From NCBI GenBank assembly GCA_002774875.1, contig PCYM01000001.1, positions 182,153 through 246,152 of the forward strand: a stretch of DNA of 64,000 nucleotides, in the 5' to 3' direction. Shown here piece by piece: positions 9,741 through 19,782 of the stretch. Made by a program: the position numbers and the translations under genes. The first letter of the stretch is position 1. Every line of letters starts with the position of its first letter. The notes under the pieces were generated by a model. It was not told the DNA's origin, did not search any database, and was given only the letters and a program-made list of their open reading frames with translations. Source of the DNA: Candidatus Uhrbacteria bacterium CG10_big_fil_rev_8_21_14_0_10_50_16. Lineage in GTDB: Bacteria > Patescibacteriota > Patescibacteriia > UBA9934 > UBA11717.

Positions 9741-10754
9741 ATGGCGTTTGACTGGAACAATCTTCCGCGGCCAATCATTGCTCTCTCTCCCATGGCAGAC
9801 ATGACGGACTCCGCGTTTTGCCAAACCGTCAAAGAAGTTGGTTCCCCTATTTTGTTTCGTGAGATGGTGAGTGCTGAAGCGTTAGTACGTGCAAACGAAA
9901 AAACCATGGAGATGGTAGAGTTTGTAGAGGCAGAACGACCAATCATTCAACAGATTTTTGGATCGGACCCGGACACCATGGCCAAGGCTGCACAGATTGT
10001 GGAACAAACGGCACACCCAGAGGGAATTGATATCAACATGGGATGCCCCGTCTACAAGTTGACGTCGAGCTTTAATGGCGCCGCACTCATGAAAAACCCT
10101 GAGCTTGCCACACAGATTATCCAAAAAGTGAAAGTGGCGATTACCTGTCCTCTCTCTGTAAAAATTCGTGCGGGCTGGGATGACCCCGAGGAATGTATTG
10201 CGTTTGCAAAAGTTGTTGAGGCAGCCGGTGCGGACCTCATTACGATTCACGGCCGCACAAAGGCGCAAGCCTATGCCGGTTACTCGGACTGGGGTATTAT
10301 AAAGCGCGTAAAAGAGGCAGTGTCGATTCCGGTGCTTGCCAACGGTGATATCTTTTCTGCAGACGACGCACAGCGTGCGCTTGCCGTAACAGGTGCCGAC
10401 GGAGTCTTGGTGGCGCGCGGTGCACTTGGGAATCCGTGGATTTTTCCGCAGATCGTCGAGCAGCTCACCACGGGTACGATTGCAACCCGTCCAACCGTGC
10501 GTGAACATTTTGAACTTGTTCTGCGCCATGCCAAACGACACGTAGAACAATACGGAGAGCAAGGTCTTGTAACGTTTAGAAAACATTTGAGCTGGTACAC
10601 AAAAGGAATGCAGGGTGCAAAAGAAGTTCGATCTTCCCTGGTACGCATTCACACGTTTGAAGAATTAACCAATCTCTTGCAACCATTCTTGCAAGATAAT
10701 CGTCCAATGGAGCTTCAACGACTGGCGTCTCTTCAGCCAGAGTCTTACGACTAA
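9741..10754 (+). CDS. dusB: tRNA-dihydrouridine synthase
   Basis: LSPMA, QIFGSDP, DINMGCP, IHGRT, ANGDI, ARGALGNPWIF, RKHLSWY. Confidence 0.94.
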   Translation: MAFDWNNLPRPIIALSPMADMTDSAFCQTVKEVGSPILFREMVSAEALVRANEKTMEMVEFVEAERPIIQQIFGSDPDTMAKAAQIVEQTAHPEGIDINMGCPVYKLTSSFNGAALMKNPELATQIIQKVKVAITCPLSVKIRAGWDDPEECIAFAKVVEAAGADLITIHGRTKAQAYAGYSDWGIIKRVKEAVSIPVLANGDIFSADDAQRALAVTGADGVLVARGALGNPWIFPQIVEQLTTGTIATRPTVREHFELVLRHAKRHVEQYGEQGLVTFRKHLSWYTKGMQGAKEVRSSLVRIHTFEELTNLLQPFLQDNRPMELQRLASLQPESYD

Positions 10755-10773
10755 TCCCTCTGGGATCTCATCT

Positions 10774-12099
10774 ATGTCAACAACCAAAAAGACAACACGA
10801 TCGTGGCACGCCGGTAAGGATCTCGTTTTATTTGTAGAACGCATGCCCGTTGGTGCGGAAAAAATCATAAAGGCACACGGCCGCACCCATGGACGCAACC
10901 TAAAGGTGGGTGTGATTTATGACTCTCGCAGTTCCCTTTCCAAAACCTACATCCTCAAACATAAATCCATGTTTGATGTTCTGATTCCCTGTGATTTTTC
11001 GGATCATAAATTTATTACCAAGGCTTTGCAGCCCTATCTCGATCGACTCCTAGCCATCACCTGCCGGTCCGAAGCCAACATGATGAAGTTCCGACAAATT
11101 ATTCCGCACGTTCCTTATTTGCGAACACCCACGATGGATTCGCTTTCCTGGTCCACAAACAAGCTCGCCATGCGACGCCGTTTTGCCGCTTGGGATAAAG
11201 CCATTACGCCTGCCTACACGGTTGTTCACGATGGAGGTAAAGAGAGCATTAAAAAGATTAAGAAAAAAATTGGTTTTCCGCTCGTTGTTAAGCCAACCGG
11301 ATTAGCACAAAGCATTTTGGTGACACTCTGTTTTCATGAAGAAGAATTAGAGGCGGCTTTGCGTCGCACGTTTAGAACGGTGAATCGTATTTACCGAGAA
11401 CGTGACAGTAAGGAGGAAGCAACTGTACTTGTGGAACAATTCATTGAAGGAGAAATGTATTCCGTGGACGCTTACGTTGATACACGCGGACGCATTACGT
11501 TCTGCCCGATGGTGTGGATTAAAACAGGTCGCGCGATTGGATTTGACGACTTCTTTGGTTATCAGCAAATGACGCCAACACGCCTCACCAAAGAGAGCGT
11601 CGCGGCAGCTGAGAAAACGGCGACCGCGTCAATCCGTGCCCTTGGTCTACGTAGTACAACGGCACACATTGAGATGATTCGCGACGATAACACGTGGAGG
11701 ATCGTGGAGGTTGGTGCACGACCAGGTGGGTTCCGAGTCGAGCTTTATAAACTCTCCTACGGAATCGACCATATTCTCAACGACGTATTAATTCGCATCC
11801 CCGAGAAAGTGAGCGTATCTCGACGCATAAAAGGCACGACCGCTGCCATGAAATTTTTTGCCAAACAAGAAGGAAAACTGGTAAAGATCAAAGGGCTCAA
11901 AAAGGCCGAAAAGCTTAAATCGTTTTACGAGGTGACGGTTAATAAGGTTCCCGGAGATCCATGTAAGTTTGCAAAAAATGGTGGAACGAGCGTATTTAAC
12001 ATCATCATGTTTAACAAGGAACGTTCGGAACTCCTTGCAGACATCCGCCGGTTAGAGCAAATGATCGATATTCAAACCGTTAAGAAGTCTTCCAAGTAG
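10774..12099 (+). CDS. ATP-grasp domain protein (L-amino acid ligase-like)
   Basis: NKLAMRRRF, GFPLVVKP, LVEQFIEGEMYSVD, AHIEM, IVEVGARPGG. Confidence 0.88.
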   Translation: MSTTKKTTRSWHAGKDLVLFVERMPVGAEKIIKAHGRTHGRNLKVGVIYDSRSSLSKTYILKHKSMFDVLIPCDFSDHKFITKALQPYLDRLLAITCRSEANMMKFRQIIPHVPYLRTPTMDSLSWSTNKLAMRRRFAAWDKAITPAYTVVHDGGKESIKKIKKKIGFPLVVKPTGLAQSILVTLCFHEEELEAALRRTFRTVNRIYRERDSKEEATVLVEQFIEGEMYSVDAYVDTRGRITFCPMVWIKTGRAIGFDDFFGYQQMTPTRLTKESVAAAEKTATASIRALGLRSTTAHIEMIRDDNTWRIVEVGARPGGFRVELYKLSYGIDHILNDVLIRIPEKVSVSRRIKGTTAAMKFFAKQEGKLVKIKGLKKAEKLKSFYEVTVNKVPGDPCKFAKNGGTSVFNIIMFNKERSELLADIRRLEQMIDIQTVKKSSK

Positions 12100-12100
12100 G

Positions 12101-12133
12101 TAAAAACTCCTCGAGCAATTCGAGGAGTTTTTA
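12101..12133. terminator. Bidirectional intrinsic terminator
   Basis: TAAAAACTCCTCGA-gcaat-TCGAGGAGTTTTTA. Confidence 0.85.
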
Positions 12134-12152
12134 TTTGATTCAATGTGTGAGA

Positions 12153-12287
12153 TTAACGTTCTCCGGCGATTGGCAGATGTAGGGGCTCCAGAGGTGACGG
12201 CTGTATCTTAACGGCAATCAATGCGCCAAAAAACGCGATAAGAAGTATAACGATAAGGAAAAATCGGTAGTGATCTTTGAAGGTCAT
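12153..12287 (-). CDS. Small membrane protein (44 aa)
   Basis: MTFKDHYRFFLIVILLIAFFGALIAVKIQPSPLEPLHLPIAGER; TATACT -10 box 6 nt upstream of the ATG. Confidence 0.55.
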   Translation of the reverse strand: MTFKDHYRFFLIVILLIAFFGALIAVKIQPSPLEPLHLPIAGER

Positions 12288-12361
12288 GCTAAAAGTATAC
12301 CGCGTTGACAGGTGCCTGTGAATACGATACACTCGTGTTGCCTTAATTGAGGCATGGAGAT

Positions 12362-12435
12362 TCGGGGATCGTCTAATGGTAGGACACCAGGTTCTGGTCC
12401 TGGGAATCGGGGTTCGAGCCCCTGTCCCCGAACCA
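12362..12435 (+). tRNA. tRNA-Gln (CTG)
   Basis: Acceptor TCGGGGA/TCCCCGA, anticodon arm CCAGG-TTCTGGT-CCTGG, GGTTCGAGCC T-arm, encoded CCA. Confidence 0.96.
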
Positions 12436-12675
12436 AAGAAAAACCACGGCAGCGCGCCGTGATTTTTCTTTGTGTGATGGGGTGGAGAGAACATGCCATT
12501 GAGGCATGTTTGACGGGTGAGAACGGCCGGAGCCATGTTGCGCTGATATTGGCGAGAAGCGCAACGGCGAGGCCCGGACCCGAACCCGAATTTTCGGAAG
12601 AACATGAGAGGTGAGGGCGAGCCCCTGTCCCCTTCCACAGGAAAAATCACGGGCGCTGCCGTGATTTTTCTTTGT
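12415..12675 (+). repeat. Direct duplication of tRNA-Gln 3' end plus terminator, 203 bp apart
   Basis: CGAGCCCCTGTCCCC at 12415-12429 and 12618-12632, each followed by a GAAAAA(C/T)CACGG...CCGTGATTTTTCTTTGTG hairpin. Confidence 0.85.
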
Positions 12676-12704
12676 GAGAGGAATGTGAGTTCTTACTGAA
12701 GCGA

Positions 12705-13061
12705 CTATTCTTTTATAACGCGTACAACCTGCTTGCAGCTTGCGTATCCTTCTGATAGCGTCCTGTACATTCCTGTGCTCGCCTGTCTTGTCCGTTCAAG
12801 TTCACTCCCTAAAGCACTTAGTTGAGAAGCAACGTGCTTAAACAGAGGAAGACTGTCACGAGGCTGCAAAGCCTCTCGTACGGAAGAAATAACAAGATAA
12901 GCTTCTCTTGCAAAAGGCGACGGTTCTTCTCCTGTTTCCCTATCCACAACCACCTCGTCTTTCGACGTTACAGGAGCGGTTTCGACCTCCGACTTGGCAG
13001 CTCCTAGGTGACAATCGTTTGTGTGACCAGTAAAACTTGGTGACCCGCACGCCTCACACAC
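12705..13061 (-). CDS. Hypothetical protein, possibly a decayed gene, with N-terminal CxxC...H...C
   Basis: 118-aa ORF with GTG start; no recognisable family. Confidence 0.4.
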   Translation of the reverse strand: MCEACGSPSFTGHTNDCHLGAAKSEVETAPVTSKDEVVVDRETGEEPSPFAREAYLVISSVREALQPRDSLPLFKHVASQLSALGSELERTRQASTGMYRTLSEGYASCKQVVRVIKE

Positions 13062-13320
13062 GATTCCGATCCTGACTCGATATTGAACATAAGGAGATAG
13101 GAGTGACTCTCTTAGAAATATGTAAATGATGTGTCTATCTTAGTGGAAGCACCATTCGAGCAGCTGTACTGGATGAATCCCGTTCGAGCTGTGCACGGAG
13201 GATCCCCCGCAGTTCCCGTCTCCAACCTCGAGCAAGATTATGCATGACGTTTCCCCTCTCCAATGATGCTGGTCTACATCCCTCTTGACGTATGCTATTC
13301 ATGACGTTGTATCAACAATA

Positions 13321-13350
13321 AAAAAAACACCCCGCAAGAGAGGTGTTTTT
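13321..13350 (-). terminator. Intrinsic terminator after dnaX
   Basis: AAAAAAACACC-ccgcaagag-AGGTGTTTTT. Confidence 0.7.
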
Positions 13351-14911
13351 AGCTTACCACCGTGCCACCAAACGCCTCCAAAACACTTGTTACCTGCGGG
13401 TCCTGCTCCACATTGGAGAAGATGGCCTGTATCCCCACATTTTCTCCAACCACCTCGGTGAGGATTCCTGCAAGGAGGTGATTATTCTTTGGCTGATTAA
13501 CCGTCTCCGCGTAGAACTCAAATTTTACTTTGATAATGGCACGGCCGCCATCCACACGTATCGGCTCTGCTAACTCAAGCGCGAGAGGAAGTGATGCATG
13601 CCGTTCCCGCACGGTTTTTTGAAACGTGCTCCAATACCGTTTAATTATCTCAAACGTCACCTTTTCACCTGGTACCGTCTCCGCCTTTGGATCCGCATCA
13701 ATCCGAACAGCCTCAACAGTGGGTACTACGACGGATTTTTTTTCAATCACCACCGGCGTAACCTCTTGAGGAGCTTCTATTACTGCCGGTCGTGCCTCAA
13801 CGATAGGAGACAGGGGTAAGGTTGCTATTTGTACGCCATCACAAGCATCGATAATTGCAAGTTCAATGCCTAATTGTGGAAGATGATACGAGTACTCCTT
13901 GTACTGTGTCTGGGCCGACAAAAAAAGATCCAGCAACTGCTTAATACGAGAAATACTTACGTCCGTAAAACACGCACGGAGATCCGCTTGTTGCTCCTGT
14001 GTATATCCTTTATCTTCTCCACCCCCAATACGTTGCAAAAGTGCCAATCGCATAAGCTGCACAATCTCCCCCACGAGTCTTGCAGGTTCTGCGCCCGTAT
14101 CAATAAGCTCATGTACGCAATGGAGTGCTTGATCGACGGTTTGACTCACTAACAATGTTAACAAGCGCATGGTCTGTTCCACATCCACGATCGGCATTAC
14201 AACTCGTGCCCGCTCGGCTGTAATGGACTTTGCGTCCAACGTCAACACTTGTTCGAGTAAACTAATGGCATCACGCACATGTCCGCCAGACCGGCGCGCG
14301 ATCTCCTCTAACACCAACGTGTCCACGTGCACACCTTCCCTTTTTGCGATTACGTCTAATCGGTCCGTCAACAATTCTGCAGGCACATTGGTAAAATCGT
14401 ACCGCTGACACCGACTCACAATGGTGTCTGGAATTTTGTGCAACTCCGTGGTCGCCAAAATAAACATCGCGTACGACGGTGGTTCTTCGAGTGTTTTAAG
14501 TAATGCATTAAACGCGCCCTTGGAGAGCATGTGTACCTCGTCTACAATAAACACTTTCTTGGCAAGTTGCGTGGGCGCAAAACGCACGTTCTCAATCACA
14601 TTCTCGCGCACATTGTCGACACCGGTGTGAGACGCTGCATCAATCTCAATCACATCCATTGCGGAACCTTCTGTGATAGACCTACACGCTGGACACACCT
14701 CACACGGCTCTGCACCCTTACGGTCTGCACAGTTAACGGCCTTGGCAAGTAATCGTGCAATAGTTGTTTTTCCAATCCCGCGAGGTCCAGAAAACAGGTA
14801 GGCATGTGCCACGGTGTCGGTTTCTAATTGATGCCGAATTGGCGTCACAACATGATGTTGCCCTGTAACCTCCTTGAATGTTTGTGGTCGATAGGTGCGA
14901 TAAAGGCTCAT
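13349..14911 (-). CDS. dnaX: DNA polymerase III subunit gamma/tau
   Basis: LYRTYRPQTF, GPRGIGKTT, Zn Cys cluster, EIDAAS, DEVHML, FNALLKTLEEPP, SRCQ. Confidence 0.97.
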   Translation of the reverse strand: MSLYRTYRPQTFKEVTGQHHVVTPIRHQLETDTVAHAYLFSGPRGIGKTTIARLLAKAVNCADRKGAEPCEVCPACRSITEGSAMDVIEIDAASHTGVDNVRENVIENVRFAPTQLAKKVFIVDEVHMLSKGAFNALLKTLEEPPSYAMFILATTELHKIPDTIVSRCQRYDFTNVPAELLTDRLDVIAKREGVHVDTLVLEEIARRSGGHVRDAISLLEQVLTLDAKSITAERARVVMPIVDVEQTMRLLTLLVSQTVDQALHCVHELIDTGAEPARLVGEIVQLMRLALLQRIGGGEDKGYTQEQQADLRACFTDVSISRIKQLLDLFLSAQTQYKEYSYHLPQLGIELAIIDACDGVQIATLPLSPIVEARPAVIEAPQEVTPVVIEKKSVVVPTVEAVRIDADPKAETVPGEKVTFEIIKRYWSTFQKTVRERHASLPLALELAEPIRVDGGRAIIKVKFEFYAETVNQPKNNHLLAGILTEVVGENVGIQAIFSNVEQDPQVTSVLEAFGGTVVS

Positions 14912-14955
14912 AGTGGAGGCAGTATACCACAATCAAAAGACCGCCCTGAGGCGGC

Positions 14956-15570
14956 CTATTTCTTGATAATATTCTCAACGGCGGCCCAAGATGCGGTCTG
15001 TCCTTGCGGCAAAAGCCCCACAATCTCGTCGCCTGCCTCCCCTCGAAAATACGTGACGCTTGCCGTGAGAACGTGGTAAGAGGTTCCGTCTTCGTCGATG
15101 AGCGCATAGTTGCCGTAATCGTCAATGGCCAACGTTCCAACCACACGATCCCGCTCCACCGGTCCGATTTGCTTAAAGATAAACGATCCATCTTCCTTAA
15201 TAACGAGCTTCATAATGTCCCCTTCCACCAGTTTGGATTTAGAAGCGTAGTTGGGAGGAATATTATATTTAACCCCATCGGTCCCCATCATACGCTCCCC
15301 ATCAAACACACCTTCTACAGTACGATCCTCCCCTTCCTCATCACGAGGAGCCACTTGTGTTTTATAGAGCGCCGTGTCGAGTTCCAGGTCTCCTTCTCCA
15401 CGTTCGAGCATGTCTAACACATTGTCCATTTGCTGACGCATTTGTCGCAGAGCACGAATCGCAACACGCACCCGCTGGTCGGGTGATCGTACCTCTTCGC
15501 TCTGGCCGTGCATGTTTGGCTCTAGAGCAAACTGGTCGTTGGCGTCATCGAATGTTGGGAGAAACGGCAT
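14956..15570 (-). CDS. Conserved CPR-type hypothetical protein
   Basis: VEGVFDGERM...Y.IPPNYASKSKLVEGD...FKQIGP, a motif I recognise from Patescibacteria. Confidence 0.8.
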   Translation of the reverse strand: MPFLPTFDDANDQFALEPNMHGQSEEVRSPDQRVRVAIRALRQMRQQMDNVLDMLERGEGDLELDTALYKTQVAPRDEEGEDRTVEGVFDGERMMGTDGVKYNIPPNYASKSKLVEGDIMKLVIKEDGSFIFKQIGPVERDRVVGTLAIDDYGNYALIDEDGTSYHVLTASVTYFRGEAGDEIVGLLPQGQTASWAAVENIIKK

Positions 15571-15683
15571 TTTATTTTTCTTTTTGCCCAGAACGTTTTT
15601 GTGGGCGCCTCCTTAGTAGCCTCAGTATAACATCTGTACGCGCGTTGGAGTAGAACAAGATCACGTGTTGCCTGTGGAAAAGT

Positions 15684-18239
15684 CTACAACGATGCAGGGA
15701 GTGTTGGCGCAACGGGCGGTGGCGGTGTTGGCGATCCGTATCCAGAACGTCGCGCGATGTCGCGTTCTACCTGTGCACGCGGTTTTCCGTAGGTAAGTCG
15801 TGCAAGCTGACGGATTTTTTCTGCAAGTTCTGGATTTGATTTGACGGGCGGTAAACTCGTCATAGTAAACGGCGGCAACTGCGTATTATTTTTTATCATC
15901 TTTGTGTACCACGTAAACGGATCGGAGTTAATGAGGTCGTTGGCATTAAACTCTGGTGCGAAGACTTTAATAAAGGTGTCCGTGTCCTCCGGTCCAATGC
16001 GACTCACAAACATCGATCCCACGTTTCCCAAAATCGCGTCGCGAATTTCCGTGTCCCCGCGTTGCACCACTTGGCTCATGTATTGGTGAGCCAAAATGAG
16101 ATCGAGTCGATATTTACGCGCCTCGGAAAGAATTGTTGCAATACTTGGCGTCACAAAGTTTTGAAACTCGTCGATATAAAGGTAGAAGTCTTTTCGCAGC
16201 TCCTCTGCCATGTCGGCGCGTGCCATAGCCGCCATTTGAAGTTTCGACACAATCACCAATCCCAAAAGCTGCGCGTTTACCTCTCCTGTTTTTCCTTTGG
16301 AAAGATCGATCAACAAGATTTTTTCCTTGTCCATCACCTCGCGGAAACTAAATCCGGAATGCGTTTGACCAATAATATTGCGCATCATGGCGTCCTCCAC
16401 AAAACGACCAACCTTGGAGATGAGGTAACCTAACATCTCGGACTTATGGAAGTCACTCACCTTTGCCATCTCTTGTTCCCAATACGCACGCACAACAGGA
16501 TCCTTAACCTTTGCAACCCATTGCTTCTGAAAGTCTTCGTCGCTAAACATGCGAGGGATCTCGGCAATCGTCCCCGGGTTCTCAAAATCTGACATAAGCG
16601 TAAGCATCACGTTGCGCATATGATGCTCAAACGTTGGCCCGATCATGTCTGGCGGAAACAACTTATAGAAAATGGAAATCATGTCCTGCACCGTAAGGTC
16701 GATCAACGCAGGCGTTGGTGCCTCCAACATGTTGAGTCCAACCGGCATGTCTGTGTCATATGGCGCAAACACCACCACATCCTCAATACGGTCCGGTGGA
16801 ATCGCCCCAAGAATCGTCGTAATAGCGTCTCCATGGGGATCCACGTAGCAAACACCGTGACCAGCAACAATATCGGCCACCGCCATGGCAACAATTTCTG
16901 TGGTTTTTCCGGAACCAGACTTACCGATAAAATACATGTGGCGCTGACGATCCGATGCAGAAATGCGAATCGGCGTCTTGGCACCTCTGTATTTATTGTG
17001 ACCAAGCAAAATTCCTTCCTTTGGCATATCGGCAGGCGCCGGTGCTGTGCGTGCGCCAAGCCAATCAATGTTCGACACAGGCGTGCCCGACATGGGAGGA
17101 TGCCACAAACTGGCAAGCTCTTCCGTGTTTAATACCAATCCTTCAGAATCGACGTAATTGCGATAAATAAAATCTTGCACCATGCGTGAGATATTACGTG
17201 GCACACTCTTTTCAAAACTATTCCCGAATTGGTAAATGTTGTATTGCGAAAAACTATTAAGAATATTATTGAGCGACGCTTGTGCAGATCCAACGTTTTC
17301 TGCACTCACGAGTATACGAATATTCACATCAAGCCCTGCACGTGAGGCCTTGTCTTCGATCCCTTTAAGCATCTCACGCTCGCGATCACTCATCTGACGC
17401 TGCGGCTCCTGCGACCCAGAACCATTTTTATCGCTTTTTCCAGAGATCAAACTCCCAAGTTTCATTCCGGAACCTCCTTCCTTTGGACTCTTCCCTTTTA
17501 ACGCCTGCTTGATTGTTGCCCCCTCCTGCATTAATTTGACAACGTTCAAGCCTCTTTCTCGCCAGGAACCTTTTGCAGAACGCGCGACAACCTGGATTGC
17601 TGCTCCGTCTGTTTCTGGGACTTTTGCCAATGCATTCAACAAGGCATAAAGAGGATCAGATTCAAGCTGTTTGTACGTTTTAATAGGAAACAAGTCCTCG
17701 CGCTTTAACGTGACATAGCTTCCAAGCACAACACCCGTTGGCGTAAACATATTGTAATCTTCCGCCTCCTCTACCTCTGCATCCGGAAACTGCGCATGCA
17801 ACTGCTGTACCATAAGCTCCTTCATAGCCGCAGGCGTTGCCACATAAAAATAAATAACCCCCGCTTTTACGACCATCTCAAATGCAATGTGATCTGTCCT
17901 GCCGTGCAACCATGCATTAAATCCTTTCTGATATGGTAGTCCACCGAGCGCCGAAAAAAACGTCTCTGCCACAGCAATGTCTTCCTGCACTTGTCGCAGT
18001 TCTAATGCTTCCTCACGCTCGCTCGATACAAATCGCGGGATCCGAACACGTAATACACGCATGTGCAAATTACCTCCCGCTTTACGGTGCGCGCGTAGAT
18101 GAAACCCACGGAACACAAAGAGCGCCGCTACGAGAATTCCTATCACCAGCAGCCCAATGACAACAGGAACAAGGCTCTCGATCATCGAAGGCGTGGATGA
18201 GAGTGTTGAGGCACTCGTGTTGAGGGTGATGGCAAACAT
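15684..18239 (-). CDS. VirD4/TraD/HerA-like membrane-anchored ATPase (type IV coupling protein-like)
   Basis: N-terminal TM; RHMYFIGKSGSGKTT (Walker A), YVDPHGD, LYIDEFQNF (Walker B), LSEARKY, LAHQY. Confidence 0.9.
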   Translation of the reverse strand: MFAITLNTSASTLSSTPSMIESLVPVVIGLLVIGILVAALFVFRGFHLRAHRKAGGNLHMRVLRVRIPRFVSSEREEALELRQVQEDIAVAETFFSALGGLPYQKGFNAWLHGRTDHIAFEMVVKAGVIYFYVATPAAMKELMVQQLHAQFPDAEVEEAEDYNMFTPTGVVLGSYVTLKREDLFPIKTYKQLESDPLYALLNALAKVPETDGAAIQVVARSAKGSWRERGLNVVKLMQEGATIKQALKGKSPKEGGSGMKLGSLISGKSDKNGSGSQEPQRQMSDREREMLKGIEDKASRAGLDVNIRILVSAENVGSAQASLNNILNSFSQYNIYQFGNSFEKSVPRNISRMVQDFIYRNYVDSEGLVLNTEELASLWHPPMSGTPVSNIDWLGARTAPAPADMPKEGILLGHNKYRGAKTPIRISASDRQRHMYFIGKSGSGKTTEIVAMAVADIVAGHGVCYVDPHGDAITTILGAIPPDRIEDVVVFAPYDTDMPVGLNMLEAPTPALIDLTVQDMISIFYKLFPPDMIGPTFEHHMRNVMLTLMSDFENPGTIAEIPRMFSDEDFQKQWVAKVKDPVVRAYWEQEMAKVSDFHKSEMLGYLISKVGRFVEDAMMRNIIGQTHSGFSFREVMDKEKILLIDLSKGKTGEVNAQLLGLVIVSKLQMAAMARADMAEELRKDFYLYIDEFQNFVTPSIATILSEARKYRLDLILAHQYMSQVVQRGDTEIRDAILGNVGSMFVSRIGPEDTDTFIKVFAPEFNANDLINSDPFTWYTKMIKNNTQLPPFTMTSLPPVKSNPELAEKIRQLARLTYGKPRAQVERDIARRSGYGSPTPPPPVAPTLPASL

Positions 18240-18243
18240 GCGA

Positions 18244-18726
18244 TTAACCGAGTAAATGATCAGATTCGGCGAGAGCCAAAATATGATCTGTTTTAATTTT
18301 AGACTCTTGTTCGAGATAGTGCTTATTGAGTTTTGGTGCCATGCCTAACCATTCGCGGATCAATCTCAACACGCGTGACGCCACAAGTTTTGCTTCTTGC
18401 CTCCAAACTAAAATTGTCCTCGCAACTTCTTCTCCTTTTGCCTTAAAGGCTGGTTTGAGATCTTGCGGCAATTCCTTATAGAAATCTTGTAGCCCTTCGG
18501 ACAAAATATCCTCTACCTGTACAAGTTCAGGATCTTTTTCTACAACGGGTGCCGCAACAGGCGTAACGGGCGTAACGGGTTGCTGCTGTACAGGTGCCTC
18601 GACAACAGGAGTTTGCTCCACAACCTCCGACGTTTGCTCATGTGTCGATTCAATATCCGTAAGTACCTCGGCCGCCGGCAACGGTTGCACATCCAATGTT
18701 TTCTTTACGCTTCCTTCCATAGTCAT
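18244..18726 (-). CDS. Conserved CPR-type hypothetical protein
   Basis: VEDILSEGL...FKAKGEE...WL...P.LNK.YLEQESKIKTD; directly upstream of the ATPase. Confidence 0.75.
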   Translation of the reverse strand: MTMEGSVKKTLDVQPLPAAEVLTDIESTHEQTSEVVEQTPVVEAPVQQQPVTPVTPVAAPVVEKDPELVQVEDILSEGLQDFYKELPQDLKPAFKAKGEEVARTILVWRQEAKLVASRVLRLIREWLGMAPKLNKHYLEQESKIKTDHILALAESDHLLG

Positions 18727-18836
18727 CAAATTATACCACGGCACACGCATGCGTAAACGATGTTTTTCCGTTCTATCCCCATATGGCTGTGCACGCAGTC
18801 TGCGAAGGCACGCTGGCTATGTTATACTTTTGGTAC

Positions 18837-19748
18837 ATGACAAGGAGGTCAACGGTGCAACGTCTTAAGCGTGGAAACACGGAATGGTTCAACGTGGAAC
18901 ATGCACGCTCCCTAGACGTACAATCTCTTGTAAAACCCTTCCATCTTTCCGACGAAGATATTCGTTTGATTTTGGATGCCAGTCATAGATCACGGTTATT
19001 CGTACGACCTGATTATCTCATGGTGTTTTTAACGCATCCCGTTTACGATCGCGTACGAGATGATGTCGTGATACAGGAAATTGACCTATTGCTTACTCCC
19101 CACGCAATCGCCACTATTCACCACAGTCCTTTTAATCAGGTATCTAGCCTATTTTCGACATTACAGGCAACAAAGTCGCAAACAGCGCTCGGTGATCCCG
19201 CGCTCATTTTTGCCGATGTTCTATCTCTCCTCATTGAAGACGTGCGTGACATCTTAGAAATCCTTGCAAAACAAATCGACGTCGTAGAAGAGCAATTGTT
19301 TCATAATCGTCGCAGTCTATTGCAAGAGCTGCTTAGCATCCAAACCAACCTTATTGATGTGCAAAAAACGCTTGAATCACGTACAACGATTATCGATCGC
19401 TTGCTGGCCGCATTGCCAAAACGAACCGGATCCGCACGTACAGCAACCTACGCAGAGCTTCATCGTCAGACAGACGAGCTTCAAAATAGTCTCAACACGG
19501 AATATCAAACGATTGTTACCCTGCACCGTGCGCATGAGACCTACCTCAACTCGCGTACCAACAGGTTGATTTACATTTTGACATCTGTGACAATTATCGT
19601 AATGCCTGCCACGTTGCTTGCTGGGATTTTTGGGATGAATACGGTGCATCCATGGATTCTGGGAACAGAAAAAGACTTTTCGATTATTATTGCCATCATG
19701 GTTCTCAGCGGAACCTTTCTGTGGCTGTTTCTGCGTCGCAAACGTTAG
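18837..19748 (+). CDS. corA: CorA family Mg2+/Co2+ transporter
   Basis: Two C-terminal TM helices with MPATLLAGIFGMN signature. Confidence 0.88.
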   Translation: MTRRSTVQRLKRGNTEWFNVEHARSLDVQSLVKPFHLSDEDIRLILDASHRSRLFVRPDYLMVFLTHPVYDRVRDDVVIQEIDLLLTPHAIATIHHSPFNQVSSLFSTLQATKSQTALGDPALIFADVLSLLIEDVRDILEILAKQIDVVEEQLFHNRRSLLQELLSIQTNLIDVQKTLESRTTIIDRLLAALPKRTGSARTATYAELHRQTDELQNSLNTEYQTIVTLHRAHETYLNSRTNRLIYILTSVTIIVMPATLLAGIFGMNTVHPWILGTEKDFSIIIAIMVLSGTFLWLFLRRKR

Positions 19749-19753
19749 AACCC

Positions 19754-19782
19754 AAAACGGGCTCAGAGGAGCCCGTTTTTTT
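19754..19782. terminator. Bidirectional terminator between convergent corA and cysS
   Basis: AAAACGGGCTC-agag-GAGCCCGTTTT. Confidence 0.85.

Noticed and set aside
12153-12650. 165-aa ORF and other ORFs spanning tRNA-Gln
   Set aside because: They overlap the tRNA; only the last 44 codons look like a real small membrane protein
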